A stretch of DNA of 64,000 nt. Source: Lingula anatina. Taxonomy: Eukaryota; Animalia; Brachiopoda. How positions within the stretch are numbered: position 1 is the stretch's first letter; each line of letters begins with the position of its first letter. Below, one piece after another: positions 36,814 through 51,900 of the stretch. The notes beneath the pieces are model-generated. The model did not search any database, was not told the DNA's origin, and saw nothing but the letters and a program-made list of their open reading frames with translations. The translations under genes were made by a program, and so were the position numbers. The DNA lies in NCBI GenBank assembly GCA_051362555.1, contig CM120645.1, positions 13,826,001 through 13,890,000 on the forward strand, in the 5' to 3' direction.

Positions 36814-38801
36814 CATAATAATGCACAATGATCTCATATATGTCAAGCACTCAAAATACAGTAATTTTTTACAGATTTGAATAAATTAGGGTTGCTCTGT
36901 CGTGGCAACTAAAAGAAATTGAACATGTCTTAAATTTTTTTTTTTGCATTTTAGTATCGGCGAAGAGAAACCATGGGAACTTGCCCCCCCCCCCCCCCCC
37001 CCAAAGATAAAGTGGCTGACTGATCCATCCCCCCTTTCAGAAATGGAAGAAAATACACCTTGCGCCTAATGAAACATCCATCGGCTCATGTCTGTGAAAA
37101 GCAAAAAAGAATAATTGGGAGGGGCAGGCGAGACGGACAAAATATTGGGGTTGTGTTTTCGGGAAAATGGCAAAAAAATTGGTTGCTCTTCTCATGCTTT
37201 TTGACAAACAGTTTACTGGATTTGCCATGGCTGAATATTTGAATGACATTGCTTTGTCTGAGTTTATGATATAGAACCATTTTACTGGGTACCAAGTACA
37301 CGTCCTTGTAGAACTTTTTTCCAGCGAATTCGAGATCAATAAAGATGCAAAAGGAGGCCCTTGAGCTTGTAAACGAGCAGTGCGGCGTCCTCTGTGCAGT
37401 ATTTCCCTTCTCGTAAATGCTAATTATAACGAATTGACATATACGCAGCTGCTAACACTCCCATCTCTCGATTTGTGGACATGTTTTCCAATCTCCCGAG
37501 AAAAAAAATCTCCCAACTTATCAGATTTTTTTTCTTTATCCTGTCGTTAGAACATGCGGCCACTTCATTCACGGAAAGGTGCCGTCACAAGAGTTGTTAG
37601 TTTCATGCATGCAGGGTAGTGATTGCAGTTAACAATGAGGAGGAAATGCCAAAAACAAAACGACTATGTATGTTTATATTGTCATGGGACGAAACTTGGC
37701 CCGAGATACCAATCATTTAAACCGCAGACATTGTTTGTAATAATTTCTGTTTCAAGTAAACTTCCTCAGTGAACGTAAAAATGAACATAAACTGGCCCAA
37801 CCTTTTCCTAACCCCCTGGCTACGTGGCTGCTTATCCACAATACATTCGATATTTTACAGCTGTTGCCAAGCTTTGGTTACTGCGTGAACATCAAAACAA
37901 TAGATTCGCGTTGTATTGTGGTTTCTTAACTCTAAATGGCTTTGCGAAGCGGGCAGCCTGAGGCCGGTAAAAGTTGTTAAAGAAGTTTTAAAACGTCAAA
38001 AGATAAAATACAGTGCATATGCAAGTTTCAAATAAGTTTGTAGTGTGGTTTGAGCGATAGGCTATAGCTGAATTTTAAAGAATAGAAAGTTTGTAAGTTG
38101 CAGGGTGTATCATCGTTCGCGGGAAAAAGGGAAACATTACGATAAAAGCATCTCTGGAAATCAACAGGCAAAGCGTCAACGCTACGAAAGGAAACAAAAT
38201 TAAAATTAGTTTTAAATGGGGTATAAAGTGCCGACAGAATCAACTTGGACTCAAAGTTTGCTATTTTTAATCTATGCACAAAGTGTCTGAAATGAATTTT
38301 CATATCAAGTATGGTTGCTGACTTGCACGAAATATTGCAGTCTTGCTTTGTGTCTTCGTTTATGCACTAGGGCCTGTTTGCGCGACCATCCAGCATATAT
38401 GTCAGACAACATTAACCAGGTGTGCTAATGAATGGACTGTCGTGCTTATTTCTTATTTTGAATGAGCTTTCGTGCTTATTTCTTATTTCATTATTTATGA
38501 AGTGAGATAATTGGGACGGCCGACACTAAAATATCGGCGTGCAAAAATTAACTTATTTTTATTATTGATTAAAACAGGCTGTTATTGTGACTAATTTGTA
38601 AAACAGCTGATAGAATTATTGAAGTAATGAAATACTTAAATTGAAATTTAATAATTTACTCAATTGCCGATTTCATTTTTCTAAATTTTTTTCTGTAGCC
38701 AATGTATTTGATTACAGTAAACTTCTGACAGATTTATAAAGAAAAAAACGAGGCGTTGCATCCCACTTCCCAAAGTATTAAAAACAGAGGAACAGTGTTT
38801 T

Positions 38802-38840
<39 letters not shown>

Positions 38841-39955
38841 GGGGGGGGGGGGGGGGGGGGAGAGAGAGAGACGTAGGGCGCGCGAGGGAATCTCCATCTC
38901 TGGCAAATGTCAATATTGACAGGTATGCATATATAATATCCTAATATATATCATACAAAGTCCCTTTGAATCATTCAGTTATTTATATTGCAATTACAAT
39001 CATTTGTGGTATAAAACCGATTGATGTACTCTTTTTAACTTATTAGTTTAACGAGAAATTGCTGCATGACCTAATCCACCGTGCAGTAAAATATAATCAC
39101 CATAATCGACATTAGTAGAAGGGTTTTAATGAGTGAAATACTTGTTTTCCGAAATTTCTGTGTGGAAGCAAATGCCATAAGGTTCTTACACCGCTACTGG
39201 TAAGCGGTAATTTGCCATATAAACCCGAGACAGGAATTACCATTGCGGCGATCGCCTCACTTAACGTCTCACCAACCACAATTTTCAAAATAAAGATTTT
39301 GAGGTGAAAGTTGCAAAATCGGTTTCTCAAATTTCTTTACTTTATTTTTGTCCTCACAATTGTGATTTCGCAAAATCGGTTTCTCAGATATCTTCTTTTA
39401 CCGGAGCAACCACGAACACCGTTTCAACGCCTATTTAATGACGCTATTGAGGAGTTAAATTCCTGCCACCGATTTCTCCTAAAAGCCAAAGGTCTGATTT
39501 TATCGCTGAAAAGGCAAAATAATGCCTTTGTGTAATGAATCATTGAAATAAAGGGCTCATACTCCATGAAAAATTATATAAACGAAATTGAGGGCACGAG
39601 ATTAAAGCTCACGCACTTGCCGTCTTCTATGCCAATTTTGTGATAAGGTCTTGTTCGGGGATGAAATAACGCCCCATGCCGATAGCTGTTAAAAAATGAC
39701 GTAAACGCTCCTCCAAGGTGTCTATGCTTATGCTAAGCTACGCTGATGTTTTATATTTTCGATGGGATTTTATTGGTTCTAATCAGCAATAATTGAATAA
39801 TTAGAAACTAAAATAAATTTGAATAAAATCTTAAATTAAATCTCGTCTTCAGTATTTTGATGAAAAGTTTTCTTAATGATACTACACGTATCATTTGTTT
39901 TTTCGCGCATAAGTCTCAGTTTTTATGTCAGATGTCCATTTCAACAAATCCCGCT

Positions 39956-42900
39956 TTAATTGCCGGATATTAGTTGACTCTGTGTTCCACCGGCAAGTTC
40001 ATACACCACTCGACCTCGTACAGGTAGTGCTACGTCATACATAGGCTCTTCTTCTTCCTCCTCTCCCTCTTCCTCTTCTTTTTCTTCTTCTTCTAGAGCA
40101 GGGTTACTTATACCCTCTCCATAATGACTCTCTGTAGTGTGCGACATAGAGTTAACAAGTGAAGTTGTTGATACCGATCTCTCCGATTGGCGATAAACTT
40201 GGACCTTAGCCCCCTCTGTGACGTCACGTGACTTCACGGTGGCCGAAGTCTCGTCTGGTGTCCAGGAAACTCGCGATATGAGGTGGACGAAAGTGAGCAG
40301 GCGGTGTGCTAACATTGCCAAGAACTGAATTACTAATAGCACGGAAAACAGTCCCAGGAAAAGCAAACCTGAAAATCAAAACGCGGTTCTATTTACAAAT
40401 TGCTAAAGTCTGCTGGATTTCAAATAAAACTGTGGACATGCAGATGTGCATTCCAATATAGCAGTATGCCTACTGTATATTGGCGCAATAGCTTTTTAAG
40501 TTTAGTTGCAATAGGGAATTGGCATACAGCCCTGTACAAGATATTAAAAAAGATGAGGGGGGATACCCCCACCACCCCGTGTTAGAAGAAATATTTGGCA
40601 ATTACGGTACAATTGTGACATTAATATTTTTCGATAATTCCAACACCACCCAGCCCTCAGTTCAAATCCAAGGTCTTTTGGACTCTGGTAACCAACAGTG
40701 TGTTCAAAACTAAAAAAATAATTAGAGTTAAAAGAACTTACCGATTGGATTTGTGCCGAACAAGCTCAAGTCGCTTCTTTCGTCGTCCAGGCTTAAGTTT
40801 CCAAGTGTTAGAAATATAACCAACCAAAGCAGATTACAGATGGCGAAGGCCACTAATGCTGAATTGCGGAGCTCTATTAATTCATCTGAAACGTACAATT
40901 GTTATATAAGACAAGCTTTAAAAAGCGGCTATTCTAGAACGACTATTTGGAATTGTTTAAACTCTCCACAGGTTTTAACCGATAAAGATGTACATGCGGA
41001 TAGCGTGAGTTGTGATGCTGTATGATGCTCAGCAACACCGGCATTACCTAAAAAACATGAAATAAAACCATTTATTTAAAAATAAATATCACCAGTGTTT
41101 CAAAAGCAGCTTAACTTAAGGCAAGTCAGAGGCAAGCTTTCCCCTTCAGCCGCAAGGAACATTAGGCCACACTTTTTTATTTTTATGGATGACATCCTCT
41201 GGGGACCCCAAAGTCGGTGCGAGCGGGCGAAAAAAAAAAAAACGGTCCAAAAAAAAAAAAATGCTTAAGAAATGTTATGTTTTCAGTACACAGCTGGAAA
41301 CACTAAATTACCACAGAAACACGTATCAAACTAACAACATGTCTTTATCCATGCTCTCAAAATATTAAAGCATTGTGAATAGGGCCTACTTCGTAGAAAG
41401 GTAAAAAGTCATGAATATATATGCTGCATATTACCAAATCTATTTAAGGTTATTTCATGCATTCTGTTGGTATAGCAATCAATAAAACAAATATCAAATA
41501 AACAGCTTGTCTTTATTTGTAGGCCTACTCTCAGAAAATTAAAGCAGTGTAAACACTTCACAGAACTATTAAAAAAATGAAGCAAAGATAGGCCTATGCT
41601 TCCTACTACCAAAGCTAAAAAAGTAATTTCGGTCGATGCCATTTTGTCTACTTCGACTCACACGTAGCAACCAACTATCGGGCGGCCTGTCCGACCTTCA
41701 GTCCACCAAATACCACGACGCTCTTGTCGACCCTTTTTTCGCTACAAAAAAAACTGGTAGCCTATGTGCTGCTTTGGACAGAATGTCAGTGAAATTTTCC
41801 GGGCGCGGCCAGCCTTTCGTATAATTGTAAAAGGGTGATATCTTCATGTCCAACATCAATGGCAAACCAATCCAAAACGACGGCCCCCGTTCTCTTTATG
41901 ACTTTAATTGTCGTGTATTTTGAAATTAATGCTAGAGATGAATTTGCCATATTTCCACGTGGTGATAATACGCATGCGCAGAAAGCTCATTTTCCGCACT
42001 CGGAACTACTCGGATGTCTCCGCAGTCGACAATGACAGTATGGAGCTTGCGGAATTAGCCGAGGATTGCCGATTGCATTTTCCGGCAAATTCAATAACGA
42101 CGTTTGCGACAACCGACTTCCTTGGGGGGGGGGGGGGGGGGGATTTTTTTTTTTTTTTTTTTTTGGGGAACGGACTAAAATCGGTGCGCGCGCAGGATGT
42201 CATCCATAAAAATAAAAAAGTGTGGCCTTACGTGCTATCCAGGATGCACTATCTGCATCATTCCATCAACAAAAGTATCACTAATTCCACAGAGATGCAA
42301 TGAGGCCATTTTTTCCTACTTCTACCTTTTATCGTATTGCAGACATGCTTTCAACGTCGTCTTAAGACTTTAGGGTATCAATGCTTCCATGCAGGCATTT
42401 ACCTTCCAGCGCCATCTTGGATTCCTTGAAGACGGTCTGTGGTTTAAGTTTCTCTTCCACCACCTGCGACCAAAACTGATCCTCTTCCGAAGGTGCAGGT
42501 GACGTCACAGCCATGTTGATTGCCCTGCGCGTCGTCATAATATTCAGTTCCTCTGGAAATAGGGATAGTGGTGTTTAGAAATGCTACTATTTATTCTATT
42601 AATCATGTAACCTTTTAATTCACCTTTTGGTTCCTTTTTGGTTGTTCTATTGAGAGCGATTCACATTTTATCATTGTGACGCGTTAACCTGTGATGTCAT
42701 TTGTGATAATAATTTCACTCCAGATGACCATGAAGAACGTTTACAGCTTCAGTAGATTCACAACAACATTTTATCATTGTGACGCGTTAACCTGTGATGT
42801 CATTGCTGATAATAATTTCACTCCAGATGACCATGAAGAGCGTTTACAGCTTCAGTAACTCCCGAAGACCGACTGCAGAAAGTATAATCAGTATAACCTT

Positions 42901-45900
42901 AGAATAACCTTAGAAGTATTATCGAAGCACAGTTTTCTTCAACAGCTTGTCCTACGATCGCATAAACTAAACACGGGTTAGGTACACTCCAGATGACCAT
43001 GAAGAGCGTTTACAGCTTCAGTAACTCCCGAAGACCGACTGCAGAAAGTATAATCAGTATAACCTTAGAATAACCTTAGAAGTATTATCGAAGCACAGTT
43101 TTCTTCAACAGCTTGTCCTACGATCGCATAAACTAAAAAAGAAAATCCGTTTAGCAAACCCAACGAAATGGTCATTTTTTTTCATCCTATTGGAACCCAC
43201 TCGATTTGAAAATAATTGATTTAGGCAAAAAAGTAGTATGTTACCTGTAGTTGGTTCCCGAAGCAACTGGATCACGTTGTACAGTCGTTTGAGGTGACCT
43301 GTAACATATGTCATGATGACGTCATTCTTTGCTGACGTCATCCTTATGATTGTGACGTTAGCTGTCAGTGCATTTGTCAGAAGGCCAAATAAACATTCCA
43401 TTCTTAGAAAAACTTTTTGAGGCCAATAATTCAGTAACCCGATATTAATTTTTCATTGTGTTCCACTGACTACATTTGCAAACAGAGTTCATAATGAACT
43501 GTGGGCGCTTGTGCTTCTCGTGTGCCAGGGCACCTAAATAAAAATGCTTAAACCCTTGCTGGCCGCATTTTACTGTATAGGCTATGTAGTTACTAGCAGT
43601 AAAGAATATTAGATTATTAGATAAAGATTTAAAGACGTCGTAATACTACATCTATATACTTCATATCACATTAACTATTTCACCTGGTTTGTACACGCTG
43701 AACTTTACTCTGAGTTTACTAAGCTCCGTTGTTTTAGGGAGTTCTTCAAACTTGGGGAGCATGGTATCTTCATACCCCTCCAAACCGACACTTAGAATCC
43801 ACGCTCTACGCTCGCTCTAAAAAGAAAAGGTTACTTTCAAGAGGGCTGGGTTATATATATAAATCTGTACCTTACAATTATTTAAATAACAAAAAAAAAA
43901 AAAAAAATCCATCGGACAGAATAACTTTATTCTATGTACCCAGTGATGAAAAAAAAATCATATTTGTCCATTTAAAAAATAAAAATTAAAAATAAACATT
44001 CGAAAGATGCACTAAAAACCAAGATTTTTTTTTACTTTTGACGACCTTGGAAAGTAAAAACCGACAGGCTGTTCCTTCGATTAAATTGTTTGAATATAAA
44101 CTATAAAATGAAAGGTATCCATATTGCGGTACCTCAGTAGCGGGCCAGTAGGGGTCTATGGTGAAGGCAGGAAGACCGGCGGCCGCAGCGTGGACCGCAG
44201 CGAGATGATCTGGCTTAGTGATGCCCACAGACCGAATTTCCTTGTAAGTAATACAGAATAGTATACAAAAAGGCTGCATTCACATCGAGTTAGTCCGCGG
44301 TTCCACTTGAAAGCGTACTGCGGATCAAATGGTTGTGAACGCCGCATTTAAATGTGACAAGTACAGAGCTGTGCAGAGCTGAAACGCTCGGTAAATGTAA
44401 CAGTAGCGGCAGTATCGAATCAAACTGATTATGTTAGTACGCTAGCCTATTTTTCAAGGTTAAATATATTTGTCTTTTGTGATGCGCCATTTTCTTACGA
44501 TTTCTTAACACATTTGAATACAAAACATACAGCTCTCAGTCTGTGCCTAAGGCATGACAACAATTGATTTTGGTCGGCCACGCTTTTCCAAACGTAACTA
44601 CTACTTCACTACTACTACTATATGTGATACAATTTCATCCACTACTGGAGTAGACAAAACATCTGGGTTTTAGGACTAAGATCTATTTTCTGCCTAACAC
44701 TCATTTTTTACACCAGGTTTCGAGGATAAATTTACCTCTTTAGTCATCCCTGCGATAAAACTGGTATCCCCGTAGCCCAGGGTTTTGAACCAGGGGGCGC
44801 ACTGCTTGATTTCCTCCTGGAAGAAATTAGCCTCCAACCAGTCTTCCACGCGCAAACAATCCTCCGTGGTCTCTTTCTTATCGTAATATGCCGTGATTTT
44901 AGACCTCCTAACGGACGATTGTCTTCGTAGTTGGACATTTGAAGGGCGCTCCTTATTGTCTTTTTCTAATATAGCAATTTAGTCATTCTTAAAGTATTAT
45001 TCTTAAAAAAGGTGTTACAAAAAGGACTTCTGGTTTTTCTGGTATTTATTAGGGATCAAGAGTTCGGAAAATCAGAAAGTGTACAATATCATTTATTTTG
45101 GATCGAGTTAAGTTGTATTTTACCTTCCGGCGTATTCTGCGACACACTGGCTTTCCGATGAGGCACGTTGCTGATGATAATCGGCTGAGGCGTTGTTTTC
45201 GTGTTCCGCCAAGCACAACTGGAGTGGAGTGAAAGACAATATGGTCTTAATTTCAGAATGATAATGGCATAGATAACGATGGAGCACACGTATAAGTTAG
45301 GGATTTAAACGGTTGCTATTAATCGAGGGCTTAAAGATAAATATTACGCTGGGTTCTCGTGCACTGAAATACGCATATGTAGAGCCAAATTCACTTCCAT
45401 TTAATTACACCGTTTTATTATACGCGAAGAAAACTATGAAGGTGACCTGCTTTCTAATGCAGTTTTGTAGGAACAGAATGATATTTTAAAATTGATATTT
45501 ATTAAAAAACAATATTCTTAATTTTATTTAACTTCATAACGTATTTAAATGTAAATATTGTTTTAGTGAAGTATGATCGGTACAAACCATACTGCTTGGA
45601 AAGCTTTCACCACAGTTGTCAAAATGTCATCATCAGCGCCACCAATAGTTTTCGCCTCCCTCGTCCCTGTAAAGGAAATTATACAATAAAACAAAGTGAC
45701 ATCACTCTATTATAATGCATCACTGTACAAAATATAGCATATCAATTAGAATAACATCAAAAATATCCCGCCAGAACTGAAATGTCATCTTCCATACATA
45801 TAATGTGATTTTGTCGCAGCATATCAACAATGGTGCGAAAAAAAGCCTTACACCAGCACCTCCGGGCTTTTGTGACATTAGAGATACTTGCTTTTCCCTC

Positions 45901-48900
45901 AGTGATAATCCTAGCCGCCAGCGATTGAATTTCTGGAAATCCGCAACTGGGCACATAACAGCAATATACCAATTTCAACGGTGATGACAATGATGCTAAC
46001 AGTGATGATGATGTACGGTATTTACTCACAATATTCGAATGTAAAATAAAACGTCCACCTCACCCCACGACTGGTCTGTAATGTTGCACAGACTGTAGAT
46101 GGTCAGGAATAGGTACCCAGCAGGCAGGAAGAACAGGTAGGTAAGACCTGAAGGTAAGAGAACACATGAAGTGACAGTTATCTCCAACTATTTCATGAAT
46201 GGCACGTGCATAAAAAAAATACGTCAAAATATTACAATCGTTTTGAATGACAATTGATATAAAGGAGTTTTTTTTAAAAAAAAGCTCTCCAAGTTATTTA
46301 TCAAACTTTTTTATATTTATGTTTAATGTTTCAACAAAATTATCGGTGATGCTTTTTTTAAATTAAACATTATATAACCACCGACATTTTTATCATACAG
46401 ATTAACTTATTTTTTACTCGTGGTATGCTGTGCGTATTGTCCTACCCGTGATAGGCACGTACCGTGAAAAATACAAGTGAATTCCGTCGGATGGACGACT
46501 GAAGCAATGAGGAACATGACAATAATAGTCGTAAAGTAGATCGAACTAGTGGGTATTGGCATCTCCCAGATCTCTGAAATATGGCAAAGGTTTTCTTTGA
46601 AGTGTGAACTTTGTCATTTTTATATGAAAACAAAATGCATTTGCAGATTATATACACTGTAATGTTATTGAGTTTATAGAAAGTGGATGATTTTGCTCAA
46701 TGTGTATATACTAGTGGTTATAACAACCGTAGAAAAGCACCAAAGTTAACTGTTTTTTTTATGTCTGACAGGTGCGCGTGCAAATAAAATATAAAATATG
46801 TATATCATATGCAGAAAGAGAGAGATTACCGTAATTGTATTTGTTTGCCAGTATGTCTGGAAGAGCGGAGTATTCACTGACCAACTGACGGATCGTTCCA
46901 ATGAATGATGCTGACGTAATCAAAGCAAACACGGCACTCAGCAATATGGCAATCTGAAAGACGGACATGCAGGCACATACTTGAAAACTACATCATCAGA
47001 GTTGAGAACTCAAACCCAGAAATCCATTTAAACACACGTTTTGATTCATAATACTTTTTTTTGCAAATTTTGACAAAGCACCCAAGACAATGGTAAAGTA
47101 ATTTAATAACGCATGCATAACCATCACTATTTTCTTTTTTAACAAATTGCTATATATAAAATTTAACAAAATCACACTTTCCTCTAAAGAAATATTATAG
47201 CTCTTATTGCCCCAGTTTTTGTGTACTTCATATGTTTTGAAAACAGACTCCCCATAACCGTCCGTGCCGAAACTTCAACAAAAGGGGACGATCTGCAGCA
47301 ATCCCATGCCATTTAAAAGCACTTACATTCATTTGTGTGTCTCCAGATGTCTTTAGACAGATGTACAAAAAGACGCCAGACAAAATGGTCAGTATAATTG
47401 CCACCGGGAGGTTGGGTATATTGAAAGCAAAGTCCAGTCCACCTGAAAAAGGCAGTTGTAAACCACAGAACAGTCACACTAGTTTATTAAAAAAACTATT
47501 TTCTGTAAAGAGTACGAATTTCTTTTATCACCATTTGATATACCACCGATATCCTGTAGCTATAAAGGCTATTCTCGGCACTTCCACCACTTTTACGCAT
47601 ATTTATGTTGTATACATGCAGTCAGCATTACATTATATTACTGTATGAGTTATCATTAACATACATTTTATTGCTGCAAGGCCTTAACTTCACATTCTTT
47701 CAAAACGTCCTTGCTATTCTATTCTCTGACACGAATTCCTAACAAACAACTATGGACGCCGCTCTACCTGCTATGACTAATATCACGGTGGCTGGGCCCA
47801 CGAATGAAGACACTAGAAGAGCTGTCTGGTAGATCATGAACAGCGTGGACACGTGTGGATTCTTGGTGATGATTTCTTTGAAATTTCCGATCAGAAGGAA
47901 CATATTGGCGATGGTTGAAACGACCCAACGCCGGCGTTGCTTGAAGAACTCTTCGAAACCCTCTGGACAGAAGGTTTTGTTCTCGGCGGCGCCTGTGTAT
48001 GCTAAGTGGTAGCTGGCTGTTATCTTAGGAAGCAAGAATATAAGTCGATAAAATATATGTGTAAAGGTATACAAACTCAATCGTCAATAATTAAAATGAA
48101 TTTTACAGATTTATTTTACAGACGAGACCAAAGACGCCGTGTCCTTTACTGGGAAAAACACAAGGCAGTTTAGAAGCGCTGGTGAATATCGATATGTTGC
48201 AAGTCACATGATTTCAGGCCCTACCAAACATGCACTGAATATCTGAAAATATGGCTCTATTCTACCATATTGATACACGCGTATTCACATTACTGAAGAC
48301 TGTTATTATTTACAAATCAGTTTTATGTTACCATTAGTGAACACAGCCACCGGTCCTCCCCCATGTCTTTGTACAGGAACTCGAAGGCGCTGTTGGTAGT
48401 GCTGCCGTATATACTGGTCACTTTCCTCAGTACATTACAGCGGTACAGACTAAAGCAACCCGGGGCACACAGTACACTGCCCAGCATATGGTTTGACACC
48501 TACACAATACATGACATTCCATTTTCTAAACAGTTCCTGCTTACAATATGGAAAAAGAATCTGATGCCGCTTGCCTAAATTCTCTAAAATACAGGCAGAG
48601 TTACTCAGTGTGACATGGTTTTGAAATGTCCCCTTACTTGTATCTCACATTTGAATAACTTACATCCTAAAAAAAGATTTGTTGAGACATACCTTACAAC
48701 CCCTTTCATAATCACCTTACCTTATTTGCATACAATATATATTACAAAGATCTTAGATTTTTCAAAAAGAATACCTTTTGAAACCAATGTCCAACAGCAT
48801 AGTCAAAAACCTGGTATGATACTACGGGTTGCACCTGTGAACCCAAAGGGTGCGTCCTACCGCACACCGCCCCTATCCTAAGCGAGTCGTCCCTAAGATA

Positions 48901-51900
48901 GATTTCTAACAACGCCTCCACAGAAGGCAATGTAAATTTGACGTCTGCGTCGGTGGCGAGAATGTAACTGTTCTGGAGTCCTGTGAATTGTATATCGTGA
49001 CTAAAAATAGCAAATCTGAGAGGGAGACAATAGACGTACCCCTCAATACGGTTGAGAATATTTTTTTCAAACAGATAGACTAAGAGGAAGATTAGTGTAT
49101 ATTACACCCACACATTCATAACAATATGATTTTTTTTTTTAAACAACGTTTATTCAAAAGAATGAAGTGGAGGCAAGGCGCTGGAAGCATTATATGCTCT
49201 CCACAAAATTAAATTAAATAAGTAAATAAATAAATAAAACAAATGGATAGGTATATACATATATACAACAGAGTAAATGTAAAACTTCATATATATCAGG
49301 AGCACAAGTTAAGTACAGAAAGAAAGAAGAGGAAAAGAGATAATACCTATTAAGTGATAACAAAGTTTACGAGAAGAAAATTTGCAACAGTGTCGAAGAT
49401 AATTTCATTTTGGGTGGGTGATAAGGATTTATGACCGTAGAGAAATAACGACAGCTTTTCTTTTTGTGTTTTGAAAGAGGTCTTGCTTGCATGTAGAGTT
49501 TCATTTATTTTTTGGTAAAGGGGAGGGTACTTTGAATCAATTCAAATAACAATATGATAAGAAGAAGAAAAAAAATTACATCCTAATTATCTCCCTTTTA
49601 CCATGCAGTTGAAGATGTTTGCATACATTTATCAATTGAAACAATTGCGATACGTGAGATATTAACTAACCAAATGAGATTAAAACAATTTAAATATAGA
49701 ATTGGGGCACATTTCTGTGTGTCCATATACGATCTGTAAGACGTGAAACATTTAGACATGCAGTTTATTTTCCTTACTTTGCTCCCATTGTTTCAGTTCC
49801 TCCGCAGTGGCTCCCTCTCTCGGCTTCTGGTTAAGGTAGTCAAGCACTAAGGACAAATACATGATCTGACTCCATCTTTTCTTATTCTTCACCTGAAACA
49901 AAACAAGGACATATGTGTGTTATTATATATAGGCCCTAGTTTCAGGGCACGTCGTCGTATTTAATATTCTCAAGATAGCCATATGTACAACTTTACTAGA
50001 CTTTCAGGACTTACAAATTGCCCTAGGCATTTCAGCTATACATGGGAATACAAATTATTCATAATATTGATTAAATGAGAAAATATCTCCTTTTGGAGGC
50101 GTAAGCCGAGGCAGCTGGGCAAAACTCTTAGTCTGATCTTACAACACATACCGGTAACACTGTATTGGTGTTTAATGTCAAGTAAAACAAAGCATTTAGT
50201 GCAGTATTTATAACGTGTAATATAAGGTGCATAAATGACTAAAAGACTGAGAATAAGCACGTTTATATGTGTACCTTTCTGTTGTCCTTAAGATGAAGAT
50301 TAAGACTCATGGTGTACCTTTCGGGGTCCTCCAGGGCCTCCGTACTATTCAGCGGGAATTTCCACGTCAGACGCATGCCATATTTGGTCCTCACCTTCTC
50401 GAAGCCTTTATCTCCGGGCGCGAAGCTAACATCTGGATTGTACACATGTATATATATGTAATACTGGACATGCGTCCGTGAACACAGGGATAATTTGAAA
50501 TGGAAACCGATCAATCTTGCGATAGCAACCGATCAAATGATAGACCACCCTCTTTATATCGTCTGGTTGCGAATAACGAAAAAATGGTCGGTTTTCTGTC
50601 TAAGGTATACGTAATGTGTGAACACAGCCTATAGTTAATTACATATCTGTTTTGTGAGGGGTCTTGGATTGCACCCCCTCCTATATTAAAAGCATGAAAA
50701 TAATTTGTTAACTCTGTAATATTATTAAAAAGATAAAGCCAAAGTTTTTCTAGCTCATCTCCCTTTGCACTTTTAACGAAAGCATCGCCCGCCTTTTTGA
50801 CATAATTTTGAGAATTATATAGTCAAAATACGATGATACATCTGTCTACAATAATGGTTCCGCATGTTCATTTAATTAAGAAGTTGTGCAGCGCACATAA
50901 AATAGTTAAAATGATTTACGATTGTAAAGTGTCACCACTACAGTTATCGGCACAAGACAAGATACCGTGCTGTAAGTAGAAAACCTACCAAAAATATCTT
51001 GCAGCAACGACAACAGTCTCAGAGTATTCGTGTTAAAAACATCTCCTTTCTTTTTAGTATCGAAAGCACCATCAAGCCAGATGTGGGAATAATAGGCGGG
51101 GGAGTTGGCATGTCGGTCATCGCGCACGCGCCGTAGGGACTGTAGGAGTTGACCCATTTCTTCAGCAGACTGGAATTGAAATAGTATCCATATTTTGACG
51201 TAAGTTCACAGAGTTTATTATAATGAATTATTAATAAATAATATTAAAATAAGAATATAATTATAAAATTATACACATCATGTCTTTCGCTTACCAAAAA
51301 TCTGAATTTTCTATATAAAAGTGGACCTTCAACTGCCGTCTCGATAACAATAATGAACAACAGTGGGGAATTTCTAGGCCTATATGGTGCGTGTTGATTC
51401 AATATCTATCTGGGGATACTAAAATCAAGCAAGGAACACTATACCTCATTATACATGGTTGTGTTAATGTATATAGTGGCTTCCTTTCTGAGATGATCTG
51501 GGTTACGTTTGGTTGTGTCTGTGCGGTATGTCTTCCTATTCAACCACAGCCATTGTTCTAACATCACTCCGTTATAACTTGACAACCAAAACAACTGCAA
51601 TTGGACAAGATATAAAATGACGCGGTGCCTGTAACAACAGGTCAAGATTGTTTACCATGGTAAAGACCCCCACACTCACCGGGTTTTGATGCTTTCTAAC
51701 CCATGGGATCCACGTGGTTTGTTCAAAAGCTATATAAGGAAGCATTGTCATAGATACTCACCTTCCCTTGTGTTTTGTTTAACTGTTCTGTCCCGCGTCC
51801 CGTATCAATCCCGTTCCACCGTTATACTTATGTGATAGAACGCGCCTAGTAATGACAGTGGACTGCATTATGTAAAATTAAATTTTATATCTACTCATAT

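Noticed and set aside
40040-40095. Glu-rich run in the chitin synthase tail as a distinct domain
   Set aside because: Low-complexity GAA/GAG tract; no function can be supported from sequence alone.
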